Origin: Vicugna vicugna
Taxonomy: Eukaryota
Assembly: GCA_013265495.1 (NCBI GenBank)
Contig: MU058059.1
Location: forward strand, 3,201,502-3,265,501
DNA length: 64,000 nucleotides
Reading direction: 5' to 3'
The position numbers and the translations under genes are program-made. Shown piece after piece: positions 1 to 12,084 of the stretch; positions within the stretch are counted from its first letter, which is position 1; every line of letters begins with the position of its first letter. A model generated the notes under the pieces. It saw nothing but the letters and a program-made list of their open reading frames with translations, was not told the DNA's origin and did no database searches.

Positions 1-480
1 GGCCCCGGCGCCCGGGAGGAGCCCCTCAGTCGCGCCCGCTCCGTCCCCTCCCCAGAGCGAGGTAGGGACGCGCCCCGCCGCCCCGCCCCGCGGCGCCGAG
101 CTGACAGGACGGGCCGTTGTGGCCCTGGCGCGGGCCGCCCCGCCGGGAGCCGCGGTGCGGCGGGAGCTGCCGGGCAGGTTCGGGCCGCGTTCGCGCACCC
201 TCGGGGCCGTCGGGTTCTTAAAGCCCGTTCGAGGGGAACCCGGTGTGACGCATCCTCGAGGATCCCAAAGCGTTGAGTAAACGGTTGTACAAAGAGGTTG
301 CCGAAGCCCAGCTGACAGCTGCGTTAGCAATAACAGTAAGGGACGGTTTGGGACGGGAAGTTGACGCGCTCGCGCCGGTGGGAGCGTAGGAGACGTTTTA
401 GGCGCGGCAGTCATCGGAGTATAAGGTCTACCGGGCACCCGCGCCTCCCTGGCGAGCGCGGCTGGATCGGCTGCGGGTCC
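1..480. promoter_or_regulatory. 3' part of the ANKRD12 promoter CpG island
   Basis: Very GC- and CpG-rich for 1-240 and still CpG-rich to about 480, then an abrupt switch to AT-rich DNA. Overlapping GC boxes (CCCCGCC) at about 73-90, TGACGC half-CRE-like sites at about 246 and 362. Lies 27 kb upstream of the first coding exon. Confidence 0.85.
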
Positions 481-1879
481 CCTAATGCCGAAGTTGAAGT
501 GAACCTGTTCTCAATCATGTATTCTGCCTTATTTTAAAACGGTTTATGTAAGTTATAAAAGAAGGCGAACTAGGAAAGCAGCTATTTTAGAATAAATTGA
601 CTGTTTATTAAAAACATATGTTCAAGTAGGCTCTTAAAAATCTTGGGCACTGATCTGTTTCAGTTTCTTCAATCGTTGTACAAAGGCTTTCCTGGAGATT
701 AGCTCAGAACTGGCAGAACGTATGCTGTATTGATGCCAAGTGGCTTAAAAACAAAATGAAATAGTGTCGACTTTGTAAAATCAAGTCGTTATATTAACTA
801 AACTTGTTGGGAAGTCTTGAATTTGGGCTAAACGCAGAACCTTGTAAACATTCGAAGTGTTTCCCCAGGAGATTATAGGCAAGCAGGGGAAGGTTTTATT
901 ACTTAAAAGATCTTTTATAAATGACACAAGCACTGACTAAATTTCTGAAGGTCTGCAGACGGTTGACTGAGGTCAAGCTTAACTATTCAGGCTGTGTGTT
1001 CTATTTTCGGGACAGACAAGGTGTTAAAATAAAGTGGAACCTAAATGTTAAGTGGTAATCATGGAAGGAAAAGAGTAAAAACGCAGCATGCCTGTAATGT
1101 TCTTAATCTCTGTGGTTTCCATAGTTATTGTTAGAATGGTTTTGTGAACAAACGGAGCTGGAAAAGTGAAAATCTCTCGATGTGTAGTCATGAAGAGTAT
1201 TTGAGAAACAGTAGAGAGAAAAAAATCAGATGACGAAAGAATTTAGTAGATGAAAATGTGTTGTGCTGTCCTTTGGATTTAGTTCTTTAATATCAGGAAA
1301 GGGGAGAAAAGCTTCAGTTTTTTTTGGAGACAAGTGTTCAAATGGAATTAATTTAAAAGGAAGATGTTTTTATCAAATGCTTATATGTTACTTTTTTTCC
1401 CTGTAGAAGTTGTTGAGAAATGTGACTGATACTCTTCTGAGGTAGACTGGAGAAATAATAGTCAGTAGGAATATTTGGAAAATGCTTCACTGGAAAAGAG
1501 ATTTTTATTCTAAAGAATAATAGTGATAATGTTCAATTTCTTGGTGTTGGTTGACTAGTAGTTAAATTTTCTTTTAAAGCATCCTTGTCTTTTAAGGGCA
1601 TTATTTCAGTTTAAAAAAAGAATGATTAATGAGATTTATTATTTCCATCATAGTCTGTAAGAGGTGTAGACAGCTTTCTGTATGTAAACTTGATTCTACT
1701 GAAGCAGTATGAAGAATTTATGCTGTAATTGCAGTAGGTTGCTTAAGAGCCATTGACATTACCTTCTGACTTGGAACTTGTTCCTGAGGCTGACATCAAC
1801 AGGTATTTGTAAAATGCTCATACTTTGTAAAGGGTACAGTCTTGGAAATTTTTCTTGAACTGGAAAGGCCTCAAATTTT

Positions 1880-1965
1880 CTAATCAGTTTCCCTCATTTT
1901 ACAGATGAAAATATAAAGATCTGGTAAGGGGTAATGACTTACCAAAGTCAGCACAGCTAGTTAAA
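1880..1965 (-). mobile_element. MIR SINE fragment
   Basis: cattttacagatgaa...gtaatgacttaccaaagtcagcacagctagt is the reverse complement of the MIR core. Confidence 0.7.
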
Positions 1966-2029
1966 ATAGTCTGTGGTTTGGCCTAGAGATTTCTTTTTGT
2001 GAAGATACTAATTTGCCTCTTTAAGAAAT

Positions 2030-2250
2030 AGCTTTATGGAGTAGTGGAAAGAAGGTGGAAATGTAAGTGAAAACGTGGAGTTTAAAGTCTTCATTTGTCG
2101 CTTCCTAACAGTGATTTTTGACAAACCATATTAACTTTCAAAACCTTGCCTTTGTAATATGCAAAAAATAATTTTTCTGTATAATTTATAGGGTTATTTG
2201 GTGGAACAAATGTGATTACATGTAGAAAACACATCACATATTATAAACTT
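2030..2250 (+). mobile_element. Degenerate MIR SINE
   Basis: ggagtagtggaaaga ... atagggttatt ... tacatgtagaa follows MIR consensus order. Confidence 0.5.
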
Positions 2251-2867
2251 CTATACATATAAAAAGTAACTATGTTATTTTTAAAATAAATGCAGTTCTT
2301 ACTATATTATCTAAGGTGTTTAGATCCCTAGGTTTTTGCTTAGCCTTAGCTTCATTGTCTGGAGCACCTGCTGTTTTACAGATTATAACTCCCTGTAGTT
2401 GCATTTTCTGATCCCTACTTAGTTCTAATCTTAGTAAAGCCTCTTATGAACATTTTAAATATTGCAGTTGTTAGAGCCTGACTTCCTTTGGAGAACATGA
2501 AGTTTCTTCATACAGCATTTAAAAGCATTCTTATATACACTGATGCATGCATAATCTGTTTCTTTAACAGAGTGGCTTTTTTAAAGTAATAGTGAAAGTA
2601 TCTTAGTAGCAGTGTTAATTTGTCTGTTGCTAGTTTCCAGATAGGGCAATAATAGGAGGTAATTTCCTTTATAAGCTCTGCTTCTGAGTAGTTCATGTTG
2701 AGGTTATCTTCTGGATCTAAAATATACGTGTAGAAATGTTAAGACAGAGTTTTTGTTGACTTTTGCTGTTAGATTTAAAGACCTCTTCTCCTAGTGCTTT
2801 AAATTGATAATACTAGAAACCAGTACATCAGTATTGTAGAATTGTATTATTACAAGCTAAAGGTTAT

Positions 2868-3095
2868 GATAAACATTTGTTGAGCACTTAGAATACGCTC
2901 ATATCTGTGTTCAAACTTTTAAGTGAAATATTTCAGATAATTTTCTCAACAATCCTATAAAACAGATACTATTATTATTCTAACATGTGGCTAAGGAAGA
3001 TGAGGCTTTGAACTGTTACAGATCTAAATTATGTGTAGATAGTCACAGATCTAAAAAAGTGACAGACTTTGCTGTCCCCACTCTTAACCACTTCT
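2868..3095 (-). mobile_element. MIR SINE
   Basis: aacatttgttgagcactta ... ctcaacaatcctat ... tactattattatt matches the reverse-complement MIR 3' half. Confidence 0.6.
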
Positions 3096-6011
3096 ATCTC
3101 TAAATAAGTGTTTGGCTGGTTTTGATAATTTTAAGGCTGTATTTCTTAAATTTCAGACTTCGTGAAAAATATGTGGGACCAGCATTCTACCTTCTACTGT
3201 GTTGGTTAAAAAAGAAAAAGAAAGAAAGAAAAGAAAATACCTTATGAGAATTGTGGAAGATAGGCTGGCAAGCCTTTTTATACGATGCTGATATCATTGT
3301 TGGGTTTTTTTATGTTGTCAACCAAATCATTCTCACCAGGTACAGAAGAACTACAGTTGTTACATTATAAGAGGCTGTCCTAACAGATTCCACCTTGCTT
3401 TTAATGTTCATTGTTCTAAGGAAACATACTTTAAACAGAGTGACTGAAGAAAAAAGATAAATAACCAAACTCATTTATGACTTTTATAAAGGAATAGATC
3501 CAGTAATAGTAAATAAGAGTTTGTCCAGGTTAGAAAATGGCAACCAAAACTAGGTTTTCTGAGTATTGAGACACTCCAAAATTCTAAGAAACACAAATTC
3601 AAACTTAAGTTCTTAGAAAATTAGGTTTAAACACAGAAATGCTCCCAAATTGAGGTAAATAGAAGAGGTAAATTATGAATCTTCACGTTACAGGGCGGAA
3701 ATCATTTCTTTTTCTTCGGCAATTAAAAATTACGTCTTTGTCCAATCCCTTAGTATTTGTTTACTGCACTAAAATCATTTCAAAATATGTAGTAGTTAAC
3801 ATTTCTGGTTATCAGTTTGTATTTGGGCCACAATTAGGGGAAGTGTCACAAGTATTAGTGATAAGTACTGTATTTTTGAACTACTTATTGCTTGAAAGTT
3901 GTTAGTCTTGTACCTTTTTACATTTCAGATTATTGTTCTTTGTACATAGGAGTTTTGCTGGCATTTTGACTTTTAACAGAAAACAAAAATCGTGCATGCG
4001 TGGCTCTGTCTTCCTAGAAATAGCTATATTAACTCACAGTAAAAGGTAATAATGGTACGTAAAAAATTATGGTGCATTGTAGTTCATGAAGTACTTTTTA
4101 TCCCATCTCTTGAATTTCAGAACTACTCAAATCAGCAAAACATCCACTAATCTGATGATACTGAGCCATGGATAGGATCCAGGTTGAAATTCTCTGGAGT
4201 AATACTAGACTCCTTTGAAATTCACTCATGAAAGAGAAGCATTAGCAAATCTAAAGGAAGAGGAAAGAAACAACTACTTTTATTATCTCTTCCGCCAAAG
4301 CCACATTGTACACAGCTTTCTTTCCACTCTATTTTACTACTTCTGAAACTTAAATAATTAGGGTAGAGGTAAATGCTAAAAGCATCCTTTATACCACCTT
4401 GCTAATTAATGATGGTGGTCAGTTAGATGAGAGGTTTAAAGTTTTACAGAATGTTTCCTACCATAATTTGCACAAAAATATTATAACTAGGAATAAAGCC
4501 TTGGCTTGCATTCCAGTGTTACATTCTAAAGTCTTGCATACTGTGAGTTAAAATAAGTCCTTACTAGAGTTCAATTCTGATTATTTGGAAATTACTTGGT
4601 GGTCAAAGTAAAGAACTTTTGTACTCTAGGTAGTGTTAGATACTTTCATATGTGTTATTTTAATATATGATGTGAGTAGGCATTTTACATATCCAATTAC
4701 CAAAAAACTTCAAAAAGTTGTCACTGAAATGTCTCCAACGCTAGGTACTATTACTCAAGAACTAACTTGAAATTTGTGTTATATATATATTTGCCTATTA
4801 CTTTGAGAGAAGTTTTTTCTTAAGATCAACCCAGTCCATTTATAAACTGATAGTTTAGGTGATCACTCAATAGTGGTTATTCAACTTTCAGAAATTATCC
4901 GTCTTCCAGGATTCATAAAAACATCCCAAGAATGAAGACGAGTGTTCTCTTTAGGCTGCAATTGAACAGGACAGAAAGTACCTCTTTACCAAGCTTCTAT
5001 TTGTCCTCATGCTACTGAAAGTAAACAGGAATGTTTGAAAGCAAATTGGCTCACGCACTCTTCCGTTCCTTTGTCCTTTCTGCTCCTTGGCCCCACCTCC
5101 CACTTTGAGCACTGTTGCTCTCTAGTTTTGTGAACACCCAGTGGAATTAAGTCTGTACTGTTGTTGGCTAACAATTTAACTTCGTGAGGTTATATTACCT
5201 ACTTTTATTTTACATCCTAAAGGCTTTCATCTGTAATTATGGTGTGACGGTATTTGATTTTAGCTGTAGAACTTGGATCATTAGCTAATACATGGGGAAA
5301 ATAATCATTTGTAGTTTCTGTGAACTGATACTTCTTCATATCCTTTGGTCAGAGGAGTAATTACAAATGTTCTGTGATTCGTAATGGGCTCTCCACATAG
5401 CTTTTCATTCACTCCTTATCGTGACCTTGTTAAGTTTATCATAGTCCTGTTGTATTGTTGAGTTTAAATCAGTGACTGTATTGCTCCCTTACAAAACTGC
5501 ACCTTCAAAGAGGTTGATATTAAGAGGAAAAAAAGGATAAAATGATAAATTTTGAGCCTTTGGGGTGAAAATAGTTATTTTGGATTATGGATTATGGATT
5601 TTTATAAGGAATGAAAGGTCTTGAGTGATCCATTTTGACAAAGTGATAGATTATTTCTCGGTATGGAATATGAAAGTAACTGGATTGTTTTTTCTGAAAA
5701 TAACTGGAATTTTTATCTTTTTTGTCTTTTCAAGTTTTGCTACAATGAACAAGTATTATGGGTGTATAATCAAGAAGGTTTTAAATACTGCCTGTTTATT
5801 TAACAAGTTTTAAATAAATGTTTCTATGAATGGTATTGCTTTTAGTGTTGTTGAAGTAGAAGTTTAGGAAAATACAAGTGAAGACAGTGTTATAGTCTTT
5901 TTTTTTTTTTTTAAAGCGTTTACACTCAATGGACAAAACATAGGCATGTGAAATAGAGGGACAGTATAATTCTTTAATCTTCCAAACTGCTTTCTGGTTG
6001 GTGTAGAAAGG

Positions 6012-6085
6012 AACATGGTGAGCCCTGCAAGCATGTAGATCGTGTCTGCCTTGTTCACTGTTTACCCCAGATTCCATCACACAGC
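6012..6085 (+). mobile_element. L2 3'-end fragment
   Basis: gtgagccc...tgtctgccttgttcactgtttaccccag...cacag resembles the L2 3' terminus. Confidence 0.55.
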
Positions 6086-6295
6086 AAAGGATTGCCCAGT
6101 GGTGCTAATAAGGGAGAATGGTCTGGCTGGCGTAATAGAATGAACTGGGACTAAGGGAGAAAAGATGGATAGCAGATGAGAAAAGCCACGATTGCGAGGA
6201 TGAAGGGCTTAATAAAAGTGAATTTCTAAGATGGGGAATGATGTAATACAGATTTTCTTAGAAAATAATTCAAGAGGTTGTATGAAATTTATATA

Positions 6296-6371
6296 GGAGA
6301 CTTTTTTTTAACATTTTTTATTGATTTATAATCATTGTACAATGTTGTGTCAATGGAGACTTTTTTTTTAA
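6296..6371 (-). mobile_element. Extremely 5'-truncated young L1 3' end with target-site duplication
   Basis: ggagac(T)8-9aa at 6296-6311 and 6355-6371 flanks cattttttattgatttataatcattgtacaatgttgtgtcaat. Confidence 0.75.
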
Positions 6372-7490
6372 GCACATAAGTTAACTTCTTAATTTTTGTT
6401 TTAAGAGGCAGGGACCAGTGATTTATATATCTCTCGTACTATTAAAAGTGGGTAGAAAGGAAAATATAATTAAACTGAAAAATAGAAAGTATAAAAACCC
6501 CATTTTATAGTATTTTACTCTTTCATTTAGAAAGTCAGGTGTAAATCATTTCCAGAAATAAGACTTACCACTCGTAGAATCTGGAGTCTAGGTAAATAAA
6601 CACAAACTTCATCTGTAAAATGTGCTGAGGGCAATGTTGTCAGCAAATTGCGTGGAGGGGCTGGGGGTTTTGAGGGGCAGGACCCTGCCTGATGGGGCAG
6701 CCCACCTGGGTGTCCTGAAGACCCTTCTTTGTGGCTGCTGGAGCCTGTGCTTGAAAAGGTGCTTAGGTTTTAAGGTTTTAGGTGCCAGTGCTAAGCACAT
6801 ATCTGAAGAAGACTTTCTCTGCTTGTATGGAGCTTAAAATTGAGCTGAAAGAGATAATTACTTAGAATAAGGATCCATAATTACAGAGAGGTTCTGTAAA
6901 CATTTTGAAGTTATGTTGCAAGTTCTTTAGTGAATATGTGCTCAGGGGAATGGACCTATGGCTTTTAGGCTCTGAGATACGTCTGTCCAAAATAGACTAA
7001 GAATCACTGACTTGGAAATTTGAGTTCAGTTTTTGATGTATAACTGTTACATTCGTAAACAGTCATAAATTTGTGTTTTTAGGGATTTATTTTATATAGT
7101 ATATTTCCTGTGATAGATAAAGCTCTTTAGTTTTGGTATCATCAGTGAGATTTGCCTTTTTACCCCCGGTTCGTAACATTTGTGTGGTTATATATCAGGA
7201 AATGTTTCACTTCTAAAATAAAACCAAATATACAGGTATTCTTTGCCTTTGGGGTTGGAGTTTTCACAGTACCATCCAATTTCTGTTTCTGACTTACAGC
7301 TATGAGAACACGGTGAATTTACTGTGCTCTAGTCCCCTGTACCGTATTTCTCATCATTCTCCTCAGCGTACTTTGGCAGGGAGACAGTTCTAATTCTAAA
7401 TTGCCCTGACTAAAAGAGCTACCAGGGATACCGGATGCTGCCAGTTTTGAGCTTATTTTCTTTTGAATGCCCTATATGCGGTTATCCTTC

Positions 7491-7592
7491 TTTTTTAAAA
7501 TTGAAATATAGTTGGTTTACAATATTAGTGTTAGTCTCAGGTGTACAACATAGTGACTCAATATTTTTATAGATTGTACTCCATTTAAAGTT
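7491..7592 (-). mobile_element. L1 3'-end fragment (laurasiatherian/artiodactyl type)
   Basis: T-tail followed by aattgaaatatagttggtttacaatatt...caggtgtacaacatagtgactca. Confidence 0.8.
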
Positions 7593-8227
7593 TGTAGTTA
7601 GCCTAGTTCTTGTGTATAGTATAGTAAGTGGGCTTATGCTGGGGAGTGCACAGCATACTGAGGTTGCAGATCAGGACTAAAGTAAGGCCCGAGCAGTCCA
7701 GGCCTGGTGTGAAGTTGTATGGAAGCTACAGTTTTGGCTGTAGTTGAAGTAGTGTTAATAACTCACGCTATTGTTGGGTCAGAGTGGAAACGGTGTGTGA
7801 TGTGGATCGGAAATCACTTCCACAAGTGTTGCTTTCTTGTGGGGTACTACTGATTTCAGCTACCTCTAACTCCGTAGAGGATTTGGCTGTAAAGATGGTT
7901 TTCAGGATCTCAGGCTTATGTTTCAGAAGCCATGATTATTGTAGACTGTTCTGGATTTTTATGCCATGTCCTTTACCCCAAATCTTTTATATTTGTATGT
8001 GCTGCTGTTCAGACTACACCCAGCTATCTAAACAATTAAAAGTCCTTTCCTTTCGCTTAAAGCTAAAGCATGTGCCTGTCTTTTTTAAAGAAAGCGGTAA
8101 ACGTGTGTTTACTACACAGGACACTGTGTAGGATGAGACTGTGAGTGGCACTGGGAATGGCACGAGACGTGTAGTATGTTGCATATGTTGGCTGCTTGTC
8201 TTGTGAGGGGCAGAGTTAAAACACCAA

Positions 8228-8530
8228 AAATTTGTTTTATTGTGAAGTAGTTCAGATAGTTTAAACGGTCCAGAAATAGCATAGTCAGCATCTGCTGCCT
8301 ATCACTGGCTTTAAGAATTCAACATCACAGATTCAGTGCAGCCCCCTGGATACCTTTCCTTGTTCTGTTTCCCCACTCCCCCAGGGTAATTCCTATCTCC
8401 CTCTTGGCACAAACTTTTCCCAGCTGTGGCTTTTCCCTTTCCCTAGACCTGTGTAAATTTGTTTCTTTCTTCAAAGTTCACCACAGTGACCTTTGCCATT
8501 TTAAGTGTGTTGCATATTTTGTGTAACAGT
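8228..8530 (-). mobile_element. Old L1 (L1ME-like) 3'UTR fragment
   Basis: ttttattgtgaagta ... ccccagggtaattcctatctcc is typical degenerate L1ME 3'UTR. Confidence 0.45.
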
Positions 8531-9370
8531 AAGAGGGGTATGACTAGGAGAGTTGAAAATAAGATTGTAAACCTGAGGTGGAAATCTACCTTAAAATCTA
8601 GTCAAAGGAAAGTTAGACTTCAGAACTGCGTTATATGCAGAACAGAATTTTCAAAGTAGGTGTCAGTGTAACCTAGTGAAATAATTTTAAGATTAGTCTG
8701 GTAGCAGTAGTGTGGAGCAGTGGTTGGGAAGGAAGTGTAAATTGCTTTTGTTATGGCTGTTGTTTTGGCTGCCTTTTCCCCCTTCTAAGTACTCAGTGAG
8801 ATTTTGTTCTGCTTCCAAACACTTGACTATTTTGCAAGAAGAGAAAGGAGCTGGTGGCAAAATGCTTAATTACGAGTGTTTCTAGTTTTCCGGAGTTGAG
8901 GGATTACTTCTGCCCCCTTTTAGAATCTGTTGACAGTGAAATAAATACATAGTGGCTATTAGATTTCTACTTTCTGTATTGGTAATTTTTCCACTTCACA
9001 GTGCCAGAGATGCAAGTAAAGCCACCTGACCATTTTCTCTGGGCTGTTGCAGCCCTCTGCTGGTCTACGGAAGTTGCACAGTTTAGAACCCTGTAGGGCT
9101 AGAAAGAGGTTAGTACAGCCAGAAACTCATTTTTAGCTTCTTAAAGCCTTAAAAGTCACTTGCGGCAACTCTCTCCATTGCAGATGAGTATTGTGTATAT
9201 CAACCTTAACAATTCTGGAAAGAAATGTATATATGGCTATACTTAGATATCCAGGGCAAACAGATAATTGTAAACACAACTGCCTGTATTACTTTCTTTA
9301 AAAACTCTAAATGTATTGTTAGAATGTGGTCTTTTATGGTCCATCTTGACAATGTCAGGAAATCTTTTTA

Positions 9371-9496
9371 CTATCTCAAATGGTAGAGCACATGCTTAGC
9401 ATGCATGAGGTCCTGGGTTCAGTCCCCAGTACCTTCTCTAAAGAAACAAATAAACCTAATTACCTATCCCTCAAAAAAGAAAAAGAAAAAAATAGA
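9371..9496 (+). mobile_element. tRNA-Ala-derived SINE (camelid Vic-1-like), 5' end degraded
   Basis: tggtagagcacatgcttagcatgcatgaggtcctgggttcagtccccagtacc (tRNA-Ala AGC-like head with B box), A-rich tail, TSD aaatcttttt at 9360-9369 and 9497-9506. Confidence 0.85.
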
Positions 9497-10074
9497 AAAT
9501 CTTTTTGCAATTAATCTATTTTGTAAATAGTACCTAATGAAGTAATGAGAATTTTATTTTTTAAAACTTTGAGATACAGTTTAGTCATTACTGTTAAATT
9601 ACTACTGGAAGGTACAAGCAACAGGTAAATGCTAATTGCTTCTTTTACATTATTTTCAGAGCATTTTTACTTCTTGTTGCTGGTGCCAGACAGTTAGTTG
9701 TCATTCTGGCCTCCTTGCTCTTGTTCACTGTTCCTTCCCACCTCACAGTCTGGTCATTATACTTGAAGTGGTCTCCTTGTCTCTCATGTAATTCCTCATT
9801 AATCTGTTTTCCAAAGTTTCACCAAGGACACCTTTGTAAACATGCTGTTTGAAATTGTGTCACTATCTTTTTTGAAAGCCTTAAATTGCTTTTGTTACCA
9901 TGAAGATCAAACAGCACAGTGACAGGGTGCTTGTGGTGATCCCGTGCTCTTGTCTTTCCTCATTTTCTACCCTACTGTGCGTCTGTTTTTGCTGTCCTGT
10001 CAGTGTTGCCTGCTCTCTTGTGTGCACTTGTGTGATTTCTTGGTCTGGAATACAAACATCATTTTCCTGTAGGT

Positions 10075-10930
10075 AAATGTTACAGAATAGCTGCTAGAGA
10101 ACGTGCTAAAAGTCAACCATGGCTCACTTTGGGAAGGTGTGATAAAGCAAGCGTGAACTCTTGATTGTTTATATTTCAAGCAATTGAACTGTCTAAATAT
10201 TGCCCTGTTTTATACCGTATGTTTACCTTCGTGGAATTTTGGGAGTAATACACACATACAGGTAAACCGAATTGACCGTTTACAATGTATTTACTTGGTA
10301 CAGCCTTCTGAATTCACTGCCATGCTCAGATTCCTGAAGGATATAATACACAGCAGCACCAACCTGAAGTGCAGGCTGGATAGAGCTTCTGTCCTGAATC
10401 TTTTGCTTCCTTTTTTATTCTGGTGGCTGGGTTAGAAAATGTAACACAAATAAAAGTACCTTTAACCTCTCTCCCTCTCCCTCTGTCTGGAGCAGTTCTC
10501 TCACCTCTCATCTCATTATTTTTTCCCCTTGGGTTTTAACCAGAACACTAGTTCTCCAGAGCAAACCAAGTGGAAGTCGACCTATTTTATTATTTTTAAA
10601 ATGTTTATTTGCAGATTATACAAGTAGTACATGTTCATTATAAAAATTAATATAGAACTGTATAAAATAGATCATAAACATTCCTTAAGGACTTTAAAAA
10701 AATAATGTGTCTTAAAAACAATGTTGAAGACCAGTTTATTTTAAAGGATGTAGATGTTTTTCATCTCTTTAATGCTATTGGCTAAATTTGTGATTTTTAT
10801 GATGCTGATTTCTGGGTCTGCATACAACCATTATATTCTTGAGGGAAAATGTTATGGAATAGCTGCCAAAAACCATTGTGGTGAAAATCTACCATGGCTC
10901 ACTTTAGGAAGGTGCGCTAGAACAAACTCA
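10075..10930 (+). repeat. Diverged direct repeat pair (about 10075-10152 and 10847-10929)
   Basis: Shared aaatgtta..gaatagctgc and accatggctcacttt(g/a)ggaaggtg (10116-10139 and 10891-10914); offset 775 bp. Confidence 0.8.
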
Positions 10931-11062
10931 GCCCTTTCCATAGAGAGATGTCTCACTTGAATTGTTTAAGTAGTTAAGGTGGGCATGGGGGTCCAGTCAG
11001 TATCCCAGAAACATTGCTATTTGCTTTGAGGTCTTCTCCGTTATTTTTGTAAGATAACTTAA

Positions 11063-11335
11063 TTTTTTTTGATTGAAGTACAGTCAGTTACAGTGTGTCA
11101 GTTTCTGGTGTACAGCACAATGTCCCAGTCATGCATATGCATATACATATATTTGTTTTCATATTCTTCTTCATTAAAGGTTATTATAAGATATTCAGTG
11201 TAGTTCCCTGTGTTATACAGAAGAAACTTTTCTTAAAATCTATTTTTTATATATCGTGGCTAACATTTGTAAATCTCAAACTCCCAGGTTTACCCCTTCC
11301 CACTCCCTTTCCCCGGTAACAAGATTGTTTACTAT
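11063..11335 (-). mobile_element. Lineage-specific L1 3'UTR fragment
   Basis: T-tail plus gattgaagtacagtcagttacagtgtgtcagtttctggtgtacagcacaatgtcccagtc; same family as the copy at 55040. Confidence 0.85.
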
Positions 11336-12084
11336 AAGGCCACTTTTTAAATTTGAGGAAATTAAGCTTTTGGCCTTTGTTTAAGTAGGAAATACTTAGT
11401 TATTTATGTCTGATTTTTTTTTTGCATGAGGAAACACAGAAATAAGAATGTCATAATTGTTTAGTAATTTAGGCTATCATTTTTGTATTTGTAGAAAAAT
11501 AGAATGGAATGAAATAGTTCTAAACCTCTTATTCTGGAATCAGAATTTTGGGAAAATAAGAGATCTTCAGTGTTATCTAGCCTAACGTTACTTTCAAGAA
11601 GAAACAGAAATACTGAAAAGTGATGAAGGTCAACCAAAAAGTCAGTGGTAGATCTCAGAATAGAATGTTGGACTTAAGGTTCCCAGATCAAATCACAGAT
11701 AAAATAAAGGTCACTTTCTTAACTGAATAGTATCATTGAATCATTGCTGTGATTTGGTCTTTTGCTAGTTGTCTTTTTTTCTCAAAACAATTTTGGAGGA
11801 AGCATGTTTACCCCTAGCATAGCTCCAGCCCAGTGAAAGCTGGAACAGGAAAAAAATTAGGAATTCTCATCCCATGCTACGGTTCTGTCTTTAGGTAGAA
11901 TGTAAAGTGGGTGATAAATTTAGAAGGCAGCATTTTACTATTTTATATGCACCAACGACTATTCTAAGGTACCATTTTATTTACTTCTCGTAGCCTTATT
12001 ATTTGAGCTTTATCACTTTATGATATAAATGAAGAAATTAAGTAATTTGGGCTTTGTTTTCCATTGTATTTAAAGTACATTTTC

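Noticed and set aside
1407..1441. Possible 35-nt 5'UTR cassette exon (tttttttccctgtAG ... GAG|gtagac)
   Set aside because: Good acceptor but weak donor; cannot be supported without transcripts.
6657..6697. Potential G-quadruplex
   Set aside because: The fourth G-run is separated by a long loop; a weak candidate with no functional context.
9371..9435. tRNA-Ala gene lookalike (also at 12996-13075)
   Set aside because: No intact acceptor stem, and followed by A-rich tails (with a TSD for the first copy); these are SINEs.
10060..10078. Adjacent acceptor/donor ttttcctgtAG|GTAAAT as a recursive splice site
   Set aside because: Short pyrimidine tract, and the intron appears much shorter than typical vertebrate recursively spliced introns; such motifs occur by chance.
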